Shown: positions 38,613 through 49,446 of the stretch, piece after piece
How positions within the stretch are numbered: position 1 is the first letter of the stretch
Layout of the letters: the number at the start of each line of letters is the position of its first letter
Assembly: GCF_018350175.1 (NCBI RefSeq)
Contig: NC_058368.1
Coordinates: 61,320,001 to 61,384,000 of the forward strand
Direction of reading: 5' to 3'
Source: Felis catus
Lineage: Eukaryota
DNA: 64,000 nucleotides
Position numbers and translations under genes: made by a program
The notes under the pieces: generated by a model
What the model was told of the DNA's origin: nothing
Database searches by the model: none
What the model saw: the letters and a program-made list of their open reading frames with translations, nothing else

Positions 38613-41235
38613 TTTTTATTTTTTTAACATAATTTTTGTCAAATTGGCTAACAGTGTGTACAGTGTGCTCTTGGTTTTGGGGGTAGATTCCCATTGCTTA
38701 CATACAACACTCAATGCTCATCCCAACAAGTGCCCTCCTCAATGCCCATCACCCATTTTCCCCTCTCCTCCACCCACCCGCCATCAACCCTCAGTTTTGT
38801 TTATTTATTTAGAATATTTTGTATTTAAGAGTCTCTTATGGCTTGCCTCCCTCCCTCTCTGTGACTGTTTTTTCCCCTTTCCTTCCCCCATGGTCTTCTT
38901 TCTGTTAAGTTTCTCAAGTTCCACAGAAGAGTGAAAACATATGATATCTGTCTTTCTCTGACTGACTTATTTCACTCAGCATAAGACCTTCCAGTTCCAT
39001 CCAATTTGCTGCAAATGGCAGGATTTCATTCTTTCTTATTGCCAAGTAGTATTCCATTGTATATTAAACCGCATCTTCTTTATCCATTCATCAATTGATG
39101 GACATTTAGGCTCTTTCCATAATTTGGCTATTGTTGAAAGTGCTGCTATAAACATTGGGGTACATTGTGCCCCTATGACTTAGCATTCCTGTATCCTTTG
39201 GATAAATTCCTAGTAGTGCTATTGCTGGGTCAAAGGGTAGTTCTATTTTTAACTTTTTGAGGAACCTCCACAGTGTTTTCCAGAGTGGCTGCACCAGTTT
39301 GCATTCCCACCAACAGTGCAAGAGAGTTCCCATTTCTCCACATCCTCGCCAGCATCTGTTGTTTCCTGAGTTGTTAATTTTACCCACTCTGACCAGTGTG
39401 AGGTGGTATCTCAGTATGGTTTGGTGTGTATTTCCCTGATGATGAATGACGTTCAACATCTTTTCATGTGCCTGTTGGCCATCTGGATGTCTTCTTTGGA
39501 AAAGTGTCTATTCATGCCTTCTGCCCATTTTTTCACTGGATTATTAGTTCTTCGGGTGTTGAGTGTGGTTAAGTTGTCTACAGATTTTGGATACTAACCC
39601 TTTATCTGATATGTCATTTGCAAATATCTTCTCCCATTCCATCTGTTGCCTTTTACTTTTGTTGATTGTTTCCTTTGCAATGCAGAAGCTTTTTATCTTG
39701 ATGAGGTCCTAATAGTTCATTTTTGCTTTTAATTCCCTGGGGTTTGGAGATACATCAAACAAGAAATTGCTGCATCTGAGGCCAAAGAGGTTGTTCCCTG
39801 CTTTCTCCTCTAGGTTTTTGATGGTTTTCTGTCTCACATTTAGGTCTTTCATCCATTTTGAGTTTACTTTTTGTGTATGATGTAAGAAAGTGGTCTAGTT
39901 TCATTCTTCTGCATGTTGCTGTCCAGTTCTCCCAGCACCATTTGCTAAAGAGACTGTCTTTTTTCCACTGGATACTCTTCCCTGCTTTGTCAAAGATTAG
40001 TTGGCCCTACATTTGTGGGTCCAATTCTGGGTTCTCTATTTTATTCCATTGGTCTATGTGTCTGTTTTTGTGCCAGTACCATACTGTCTTGATGATTACA
40101 GCTTTGTAGTAGAGGCTAAAGTCTGGGATTGTGATGCCTTCTGCTTTGGTCTTCTTCAAAATTACTTTGGCTATTTGGCGCCTTTTGTGGTTCCATACAA
40201 ATTGTAGCTTTGAGAAGAATGCTGGTGCAATTTTGATAGGGATTGCATTGAATGTGTAGATAGCTTTGGGTAGTATTGATATTTTAACAATATTTATTCT
40301 TCCAGTCCTTGAGCGTGGAATGTTTTTCCATTTCTTTATATCCTCTTCAATTGCCTTCTAAACTTTCTATAATTTTCAGCATACAGATCTTTTACATTTT
40401 GGTTAGGTATTCCTAGGTATTTTAGGCTCTTGGTGCAATTGTAAATGGGATCAGTTTCTCGATTTCTCTTTCTGTTGCTTCATTATTGGTGTATACAAAT
40501 GCAACTGATTTCTGTACATTGATTTTGTACCCTGCGACTTTGCTGAATCCATCAGTCAGTTCTACAAGCCTTTTGGTGGAGTCTTTCAGGTTTTCCATGT
40601 AGAGCATCATGTCGTCTGTGAAAAGTGAAAGTTTGACTTCTTCGTTGCCAATTTTGATGCATTTTATTTCATTTTGTCATCTGTTTGTGATTCTAGGACT
40701 TCCAACACTGTGTTAAACAACAGTGGTAAGAGTGGACATCCTTGTCATGTTCCTGATCTCAGGGGAAAAGCTCTCAGTTTTTCCCCATTGAGGATGATAT
40801 TAGCTGTGGGCTTTTCTTATATGGCTTTTATGATGATTAGGTATGTTCCTTCTATCCTGATTTTCTTGAGGGTTTTTATTAAGAAAGGATGCTGAACTTT
40901 GTCAAATGTTTTTTTCTGCATCTATTGGCAGGATCATATGGCTCTTATTCTTTCTTTTATTAATGTGATGTATCACATTGATTGATTTTCGAATATTGAA
41001 CCAGCCCTGCAGCCCAGGAATGAATCCCACTTGATCATGGTGATTAATTCTTTTTATATGCTGTTGAATTCGATTTGCTAGTATCTTGCTGAGAATTTTT
41101 GTATCTATGTTCATCAGGGATATTGGCCTGTAGTTCTCCTTTTTTGTGGGGTCTCTCTGGTTTGGCAATCAAGGTAATGCTGGCTTTGTAGCATGAGTCC
41201 TGAAGGTTGCCTTCTGTTTCTATTTTTTGGAATAG
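38613..41235 (-). mobile_element. 5'-truncated felid/carnivore LINE-1 (ORF2 RT to 3' UTR), disrupted
   Basis: [36 protein letters not shown] at 40611-40622; [26 protein letters not shown]; perfect TSD CAATGGGCTCCCTGTTTA at 38595-38612 and 41236-41253. Confidence 0.97.
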
Positions 41236-43446
41236 CAATGGGCTCCCTGTTTAAATTAACACCATATATAAGCTTTTGGGGATATATGTTATTTAGCAAA
41301 CTAAGTATTTCTGTTTGTCAATGTTCACATGGAATTTTAGATTGGGTTTTTAAAAGTTTAAGTGATTACTACCTCTATGCTGACACTAGAAAAGTAAGCC
41401 CAAGACATCAGATTTTAGTTCTTAAATTCCTCTGTTACTGACTGAGGTTTGAGAAATCTGCTGAAGCATCTGGCTAGTCAGTCACTTTACCAGTGAGACT
41501 GCATCCCTAGATGCCAGATCCTTAGCCAGTTTTCTCGAGAGGGCTTTGTATAGAGCATTGATTCCACATATAAAGTCAATTTGTGTTCCTTAATAGTGTC
41601 CTTGTCAGAACTTGTTAAATGAGAGTTATTTGCAAATATGACACTTCAGGTAGAAAAAAAAAGGATTTACTCTAGAAGCTAGGAAAAGACATGAATGACT
41701 TCAGCAGACTATGAAGTATATACTTCTCCAGAAACATAGTTTATTAGCTATCTCAGGTGAGTCACTTTGGCGACTTGGAGAAAATGTACAAAACTGTTAA
41801 AGTAGAATTTTCAAAAAGGGTAAAATGATGACTGTAATGAAAATACATGAACGCAGTTAAAAATTGTGTTAGTATTCTTAAAATCCTTGCTTTGTTCCTT
41901 CAACCTCTTTGAATCTCCTCAATCTAGTGTTTCTTCTTCATCAGGAATTTCAACTACTCCCCTTAGGAAGAGGGAAAAAATCTCTACTTCCTTTCTCTTG
42001 CTAAAGTGACTTTCAGATATTGATCAGGTGAGAAAGGGCATCCTACCATCTCTGTTTCTAGACTGAAGGGGAATATGGGCTGCTCTCACCCAATGTTTAT
42101 TCTGTAATGCCAATTAAGTCTCCCATGCTACACATAGAGCTTTATTGATTTCCACCATAGTTATTTAAAAAAGCAATGTATATTGCAAAAGTGAGGGCTA
42201 ATTTTATTTTTTTACTTTTTATTTAATTTATTTTCTGAGGATAATTTTTTCTTAGCTCTATGCACATGCACACACACACACACACACACACAAGCATATC
42301 CCTCCTGTTATAAAGAATTTTGACCCTGTTTCTCAAAACATAATAGTACTAGTATTACTTTGTTTAGACACATTTGACTACTTCTGCAACCTGGCTTCTA
42401 TTAAATATGTCACCATTTTTATAGTGAATTATTCTGTCTTACTCATACACTGTAGGTGATACCAGCTCTAGCTAAGTTTTTTTTCTGATACCTCAAACTG
42501 GTCCCTGGGCAATCACCGTTAAGCCAATTTAAAGGAAAATAACATTTCTGCAGTAATAGGAGCGTTATAAAATGTCTCAATTCTCCTTAAGTTTACAGTT
42601 AGTATGTTGAACATTCTGTATGATAAGGAGAAAAATCTCACAGGAATTTGTGGATAGAAATAACAAGACATGTGAAAATTCTCTGCCAAATAGTCCATGT
42701 CCTGCATCATTTTTCAACAAATTATCCTTTGAGGTTTCATTTTAGGTTGCCTTCTTGCCATTAGTTTCATTCTTTATTCTCAAAGAAAAAAAAATGGAGA
42801 GACAGAGTTTTCTCTGAGGATTCATGTACCCTTAGCATATCTCCTGAACATAAGAGCAGAAAAAAATAATAATAAGTCAAGGATTTCAGTTGAATAAGAA
42901 TGATTTATCTACTGAGTGCTGAAGGACATGAATACATTATGGATATCTTTTTGCATTTGACTTTTATTTCTTTCTTAGCAAGTAGATGGTTTCAGAGAAT
43001 ACTTAAAAACAATTCTGAAATAATATGATGAGCCATTTATTTCTCTCAATGACATAGACTTTTACATTAATTATACTGAGCTATACATGGAATTTCAGAC
43101 AACTGTATCATTTAAAATTTATCCTAATAGTGTAATTACTTTTAAATTTTCAAAGTTCAGTGTACGACTCTTTAAACTTTCATGGGTTAATGTACTTCAA
43201 TATTTATGACTGATATTTTTTTCCTATTGAATTGATATTAACTATAATTATGAAGCAAATGTAGGCAGAGATTCAGCAATTAATTTTTTGAAGATGAACC
43301 TTCTTTATAAAACTACATGCAATTAACTAAAAGAATTTAAATCTGAGATACAACTTTTAAATTGGTTTTATGCTTGTAAAATTTTACATTGCTTTTCTTA
43401 TTTACTTGTATAAGTAGCTTTGTTTATGCTATGTTCAGTTTTCTGT

Positions 43447-43651
43447 ATTTTATTTTATTTTTTTAAGTTTATTTATTTAAGAGAGAGAGAGTGTGGTAGG
43501 GGTAGAGAGAGAGGGAGAGAGAGAATACCAAGCAGGTTCCATGCTGTCAGTGCAGAGCCCAATGTGGGGCTTGAACTCACAAACCGTGAGATCATGACCT
43601 GAGCCGAAATCGATTCAGACGCTTAACTGACTGAGCCACCCAGTCGCCTCC
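43447..43651 (-). mobile_element. Can-SINE
   Basis: Antisense head, GA tract, T-rich tail. Confidence 0.94.
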
Positions 43652-43879
43652 ATGAAATTTTTCATAATGCTCATCCTCTTCATTTTTCCTCCTATATCTC
43701 TCCAATTCTAATACATCATGTATTGCACTGAATTTTTAAATATCTTACTTGCTTCTCACATCAGATTGATAGAATGAGGTTATTACAAGCAAAAGTCATT
43801 TTTCTTAATTTACCTATGTTATTATAGTGGCTAATCTTGTCTGGAGGCAGTAAATATTCAATACATTAATGTAATGGAT

Positions 43880-44785
43880 AGTTGGCTATGCTTGCAACCC
43901 TCTAAAATCTACATTTCTAGGCACAAGTAGTAGCTGGGTTTGTTAGCTATCCTAGTTGGAGAATCACAGGTCAGCTCCTAGGATTCTGGAGCAAATCCAA
44001 CTTTCTGTAGAAAACTTTTCTCCTTTTGAGAAAAATAATAAAATAAAATAAAATGAAATAAAACAAAATAAAATAAAATGAAATAAAACAAAATAAAATA
44101 AATAAATAAAATAAAATAAAATAAAATAAAAATAGATTGTGTGACTTGCTACATGGCCTTGGTAGGGATTAAGACCCTAAGCCTCCCCAGTCAAATTGTG
44201 ACCTGAATTGTCAATCATAAAGTAGGGATTCACAGCTTGTGCACTGCGTTCCTCCATAATTTAGAAATACAATATGCAAGATTTGGCTCATACATATCCT
44301 AGATTCTTGCATAAGTGAATATGTGGCTTAGAATCCCAAGACATGCACTTTAACTATTAGGCTCCATCTGCTTTCATCCATATCTACTGTCTCACTGAAA
44401 GTATATATGTATATTTGGCTGAATTTTCAGATGGTTATTTGCAATATCTTTTCACCAACCAGATGTACATTGCTGAAGCATTGCACTCTCCTCATAGGAG
44501 CTCCATCCAAAGAAAATAGGAAGGAAAATCTTCCTAGTAGCAAAAGGTCAAGGACCACATTTGGTTGTCCATGTGCCTCAGTGAGGATGTAGCCAAAGGA
44601 CTAAGTTGATTCTGATTCATGACCAGTTTGGTAGGATGGAACCAAGGAGTTTAGTAAGATAATCACAAAGAAGAAAATTCGAAGATTATTTAAAGGGAGG
44701 TTGGTAAAGAGAAATATAGATGGACTTTATTAATGGCATGAAGTGTGAAGATAGTTGGATCTAACGTGAGTGCTCACTGTAGGCA
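43880..44785 (+). mobile_element. ERV-L pol relic (RT connection plus RNase H)
   Basis: GESQ..LLGFWSK..ENFSPFEK, TCYMALV, EGKSS and VKI..SNVSAH match ERV-L LGFWSK..NYSPFEK..LACYWALV..EGKSSQWAEL..VSHVNAH. Confidence 0.75.
44033..44134 (+). repeat. (AAAAT)n pentanucleotide repeat
   Basis: About 20 units with AAATG/AAAAC variants; interrupts the ERV-L relic. Confidence 0.95.
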
Positions 44786-44979
44786 TGTAGATAATTTGTT
44801 AGTGCCTCCCAACTGTAGCTACTGTTCAAGCTGTGATCTCTTTAGTTGAATAAATTAACAGAGAAAAACATTTAATATTGACTGCTGATGTGGGGATTTG
44901 GAAAATACTCTCCCACCCTTAATTTTTTTTCCTACATATCAGTTAGCAAGGTCCACCAGAAATAGGTACTTTCCAATTG

Positions 44980-45190
44980 CCAGAACAGCCGTCCACCTCC
45001 ACCATCTTAAGTCAACGCTCTATCCATACTCTAAGTATCTTCTATGAAGTATTACTCACGAACCTTAATTGTTTCCACAGTGTAGAGAACATCATGTTAG
45101 TCTACTACTTTGCTGGCATGCTGATTAGACCTGGTGAATTAGATGGAGAGTGTTTCCTAGTTGTCTTTATAAGACCCATGCATGGAGGAA
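44980..45190 (+). mobile_element. ERV-L RT palm fragment, heavily decayed
   Basis: QPSTSTILSQRSIH..ENIMLVYYFAGMLIRPGE resembles QQYTFTVLPQGYIN..QNITLVHYIDDIMLIGPSE. Confidence 0.55.
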
Positions 45191-46209
45191 AACCACACTA
45201 CTGATGCAAAGAAAAACAGACTTCATGCTCCTTCTTTCAAACAGAGAAGTCTATGCAGGAAACTGGTTGCAAAGTTACTGGAGGAGCTAAGTCAACAAAA
45301 GAGTAAGAGGAGAACTGGGATTATAAACTGGGAGGAGGGAAAAAGTTTCTATCCTTAATTCCTACAGAAACCCAGGATTCTGTCTAGGCAGAAGTGGTGG
45401 GTTTATCCTGGACCCCAGTGGCCAGTGCAGAGTCAGCACATTTTCAGTGGTTCTAGGCTTGTATGGGAGCTGCACCTTTTAGGCAGATCAAGAATTAGAT
45501 GAAAATCATTTTCCATTATGGAGTAGGTGTTGACTCATATATGCTAGCATTTTAACATTAGCTTTTCTGAGTTCTGGGTTTCTCCCTCCTGTTTCTCTGG
45601 ATTCCCTGCTTCCTGCTGTCCTACAGAATGTTCTAATAATTTTGTAATGGATCTGCTCTTCCCTTTCCCTCTGATTAAAACACCTAGACTACTTTCTGTT
45701 TTTCTGCCCAAAACCTGGATGAAACATTAATAATTGAATTATTGAGTCAATAATGACATGTAACTTTAGTGGGAACTTACTAATTACTGATCACAAGTTC
45801 TGCTGTTTCATTGCTTTGCAAATAGTCTAATATGCCATGAAAATAAACATTTGGTTTAACTCCTCTTCAGAGGTCCCACCTAGCTCAGCAGGATATCCAT
45901 GTCTCAAAATGAATTCTTAACAATTTATTGTAGTAATTGTATGAAAAATTTAGGTTGTACTTGTTTGGCAATATAAATATCCTGATTCTAATGGGATAAT
46001 ATCATTCCCCCCAAATGAAAACAAACAAGCAAACAAACTTTGCTTTAAAAAGTAACTTGAGTTTATGATATGTGTTTTGCAGTGATATTAATTTCTTGGT
46101 TTCACAGACATGACTCTTAATGGAGACTTATGGCCAGATTTTAGGTGTAGGTAATACTGATTCAGAAGTATTCACCTTGTTCAGTTTTTTTCCCTATAAC
46201 TTTATCATT

Positions 46210-46419
46210 AAATTTTTTAAAAGTGTTTATTTTTTTGAGAGAGAGAGAGACAGAGTGTGAGTGGGGGAGGGGCAGAGAGAGGGAGACACAGAATCTGAAG
46301 CAGGCTTCAGGCTCTGAGCTGTCAGCCCAGAGCCCAATGCAGGGCTCAAACTCATGAACCATGAGATCATGACCTGGCCAAAGTCAGACGCCTAACCAAC
46401 TGAGCCACCCAGGCATCCC
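46210..46419 (-). mobile_element. Felid Can-SINE
   Basis: TSD TATAA(C/T)TTTATCATT at 46195-46209 and 46421-46435. Confidence 0.96.
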
Positions 46420-46452
46420 GTATAATTTTATCATTTAAAACTGAGCAGGGTT

Positions 46453-46670
46453 GGGGCGCCTGGGTGGCTCAGTCGGTTAAGCGGCCGACTTTGGCTCAGG
46501 TCATGATCTCGTGGTCCGTGGGTTCGAGCCCTGCGTCGGGCTCTGTGCTGACAGCTCAGAGCCTGGAACCCATTTCAGATTCTGTGTCTCCCTCTCTCTG
46601 ACCCTCCCCCATTCATGCTCTGTCTCTCTCTGTCTCAAAAATAAACAAACATTAAAAAAAATTTAAAAAA
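46453..46670 (+). mobile_element. Felid Can-SINE
   Basis: TSD AAAACTGAGCAGGGT at 46437-46451 and 46671-46685. Confidence 0.97.
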
Positions 46671-46919
46671 AAAACTGAGCAGGGTAAAATGGTTATTTAA
46701 AATAGAACTTCAGTAGCCCAAAATTGGAATTACAATATTCAAATTAGGCAAACATACAGTTTTCCTTCTGTGAGTGTAAGGGTCATATAGGTAGTATATA
46801 TCTTTAATAAGACAGGGAGAAGAAAGTAAAAACTGCTACTCTAAGCACAGCTGTGTATTTTAATTTATGTAAAAAAAAACTACAAAGGAGTAAATGATCT
46901 ATTACCCTTCATATGTGCT

Positions 46920-46922
<3 letters not shown>

Positions 46923-46969
<47 letters not shown>
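46923..46969 (+). repeat. (TA)n microsatellite
   Basis: About 23 units. Confidence 0.98.
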
Positions 46970-46971
<2 letters not shown>

Positions 46972-47339
46972 TCACTAATTTTATTATACAGTCCTATCTT
47001 TGAGATTCTAATATGTGACAGGAAAACAAGATAGAAATATATTCTAGAAGAGCATTTGTTATTGATTTGGAATCATTCACTTGAAAATGTTAAAATGTCA
47101 AGTTTTTAAGTTTTTAATTATATTTCATTTTCATTTGATTTCATAAGCATACAAACCAGGTCAGGGCAAAATTAATGTGTGCTTTAGACTTCCTTTTTGC
47201 ATAGGAGGAAACGATATTTGAATTCAGACTTCTGTTTAGTATAATTGCTTCCCTATGTCTGTACATGTCTTACCAAGCCTTTTCATAGAAATAGAAAGTT
47301 CTGCTTCGGTGGGGTGACAGAGACTGCTGGATAATAATT

Positions 47340-47625
47340 AAATAGATTTGCTTTTCTTCCTAGCTACAATGCTGGCTATGGCACCCAGCCTCCCTTGCAG
47401 ATAAGTGTGCCCATGACAGGGGGGTAACGGGGTGTGGGTGGAAGTGATATGCACCCCTTCTAGTCTGAGTTTAGGGCTCAGATCTCCCAATACTTTCCCT
47501 CCAGCAGAGCCCTTAGGTAAAGGTATCTGTGTCTCTGAATACCTCCTCCAAACAGCTACAGCCACATTGCCAAGCCATTGAGAGGTTTTGCTTTATTTAT
47601 ATTTGCTAAAGTCACTCTAAACAAT
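47340..47625 (+). mobile_element. Old MaLR LTR relic (MLT1I/J-like)
   Basis: CCCAGCCTCCCTTGCAGATAAGTGTGCCCATGAC..TGTGGGTGGAAGTGATATG..AAGCCATTGAGA. Confidence 0.5.
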
Positions 47626-47659
47626 GCTAGGGATCAGACAACTTGTATTTAACCCAGTT

Positions 47660-47772
47660 AATATATAGATATAATATATATACACATATATGTCTGTGTA
47701 TACATACGTATATATACACATATATATACATACACACACACACACACGTGTGTATATACATATATATATATA
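47660..47772 (+). repeat. Mixed (TA)/(CA)/(TG) low-complexity repeat
   Basis: Directly visible. Confidence 0.9.
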
Positions 47773-48401
47773 GTCAAAAAGTGCTGTAAATGCTTTTACT
47801 GTGTGTTGGGTAAGTTTTATTTAAGGCAGAATTTTAAAGTTTACTATTCTTAATTTAAAATTTTGCAAGTAATTCGAGGACCTATTATACAAAGTGATCT
47901 GTAATTACTCTGGGTCATATACTTACATCATGAACCTTCAAAGGTGGTAAGCCAAATGCAGCTGGTTACTCAGCCTGGCTATCCAGGTAGCATCTTGCAT
48001 CTCACAATTTTCCTCTCCTGAACTGATTTCCCCCTATTTAGTAATGCTCAAGAAATTTAAAAAAGCAACCAACCAACAAACAAAAAAAACCTTGTGTTTT
48101 CATTCAGCCTATGACCCAGTTAAATCTTGATTATAATGTTAAAAAATGTAAATATTCTTTTTTATTGAGGAAATAACTCCTCCAAAAGGTCTTTACGGAA
48201 TCATTATGCATAAAAGCACTCACTATATTTAAAAAAATTCTATATTTTACATTGTGTGATTTTCTTCATGAATCTTAAAATTTATTGTAATTTTAGCCCC
48301 AATGCACTTCATAATATTGACAGGCCTTTAAACAACACTACAAAAGTTATTATGTTTTAAAGAATTTTCAAAGAGATCATGTTTTAAAAATTGATGTTTT
48401 C

Positions 48402-49446
48402 CAATAAACAAAACTAAAAGGCAACATACTGAATGGGAGAAGATATTTGCAAATGACACATCCAATGAAGGGTTAGTACCCAAAATATATAAAGAACTGG
48501 TACAAGTCAACACCAAAAACCCCCAAACAATCTAATTATAAATGGGCAGAAGACCAACAGAAGACATGAACAGAGATTTCTCCAAAGAAGGCATACAGAT
48601 AGCCAACAGACACATCAAACACTCATCATTGGAGGAATGCAAACTAAAACTACAATGAGATGTTACATAAGAAACAACAGGTGTTGGTGAGGATACGGAC
48701 AAAAAGGAAACTTCTTGCACTGTTGGCTGCAGTCACTCTAGAAAAGAGTATGGAGGTTCCTCAAAAAGTTGAAAATAGAACTATCACTCTGTGATCCATT
48801 AATTGGACTATGGGGTATTTATCTCCAAAATACAAAAACACTAATTCAAAGAGATACCTGCATCCTTATGTTTATTGCAACATTATCTACCATAGTGAAA
48901 CAGTGGAAGTGAGGTAGCGTATCTCATGTGTATATATATATACACATGAGATACGCTACCTCACTTCCACTGTATATGATTATGTATATGATATACATAT
49001 ATATATGTGATATACGTATATATATATATACACATATATATATTCAGCCATACAAAAAGAATGAAATCTTGCCATTTGTGACAACATGGACAGATCCAGA
49101 TAGTATCATGCTAAGTGATACAAGCCAGTCAGAAAAAGACAAATACCATGTGATTTCACTCATATGTGGAATTTAAAAAACAAAGCAAGTGTAAAAAGGA
49201 AAAAAGAGAGAAAGAGAAAGGAAGAAAAAAAACTAGACACAAACCAAGAAACAGACTCTTAACTTTAGAGAACAAACTGATGGTTACCAGAGGGGAGGTG
49301 GATGGGGAGATGGGTGAAATAGGTGATGGGGATTAAAGAGTGCACTTATCAGGATGAGCACAGAATAGTGTATAGAAGTGTTGAATCACTATATTGTACA
49401 CTTGAAACTAATATAACACTGTACGTTAACTACACTGGAATTGAAA
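48402..49446 (+). mobile_element. Carnivore LINE-1 3' fragment with internal deletions
   Basis: EWEKIFAN-type coding text, KKNEILPFVTTWTD..IMLS..SQSEKDKYHVISLICGI*, and a carnivore 3' UTR. Confidence 0.93.
48900..48973. repeat. Perfect 74-bp palindrome
   Basis: ACAGTGGAAGTGAGGTAGCGTATCTCATGTG-(TA)6-CACATGAGATACGCTACCTCACTTCCACTGT; no mismatches. Confidence 0.98.
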
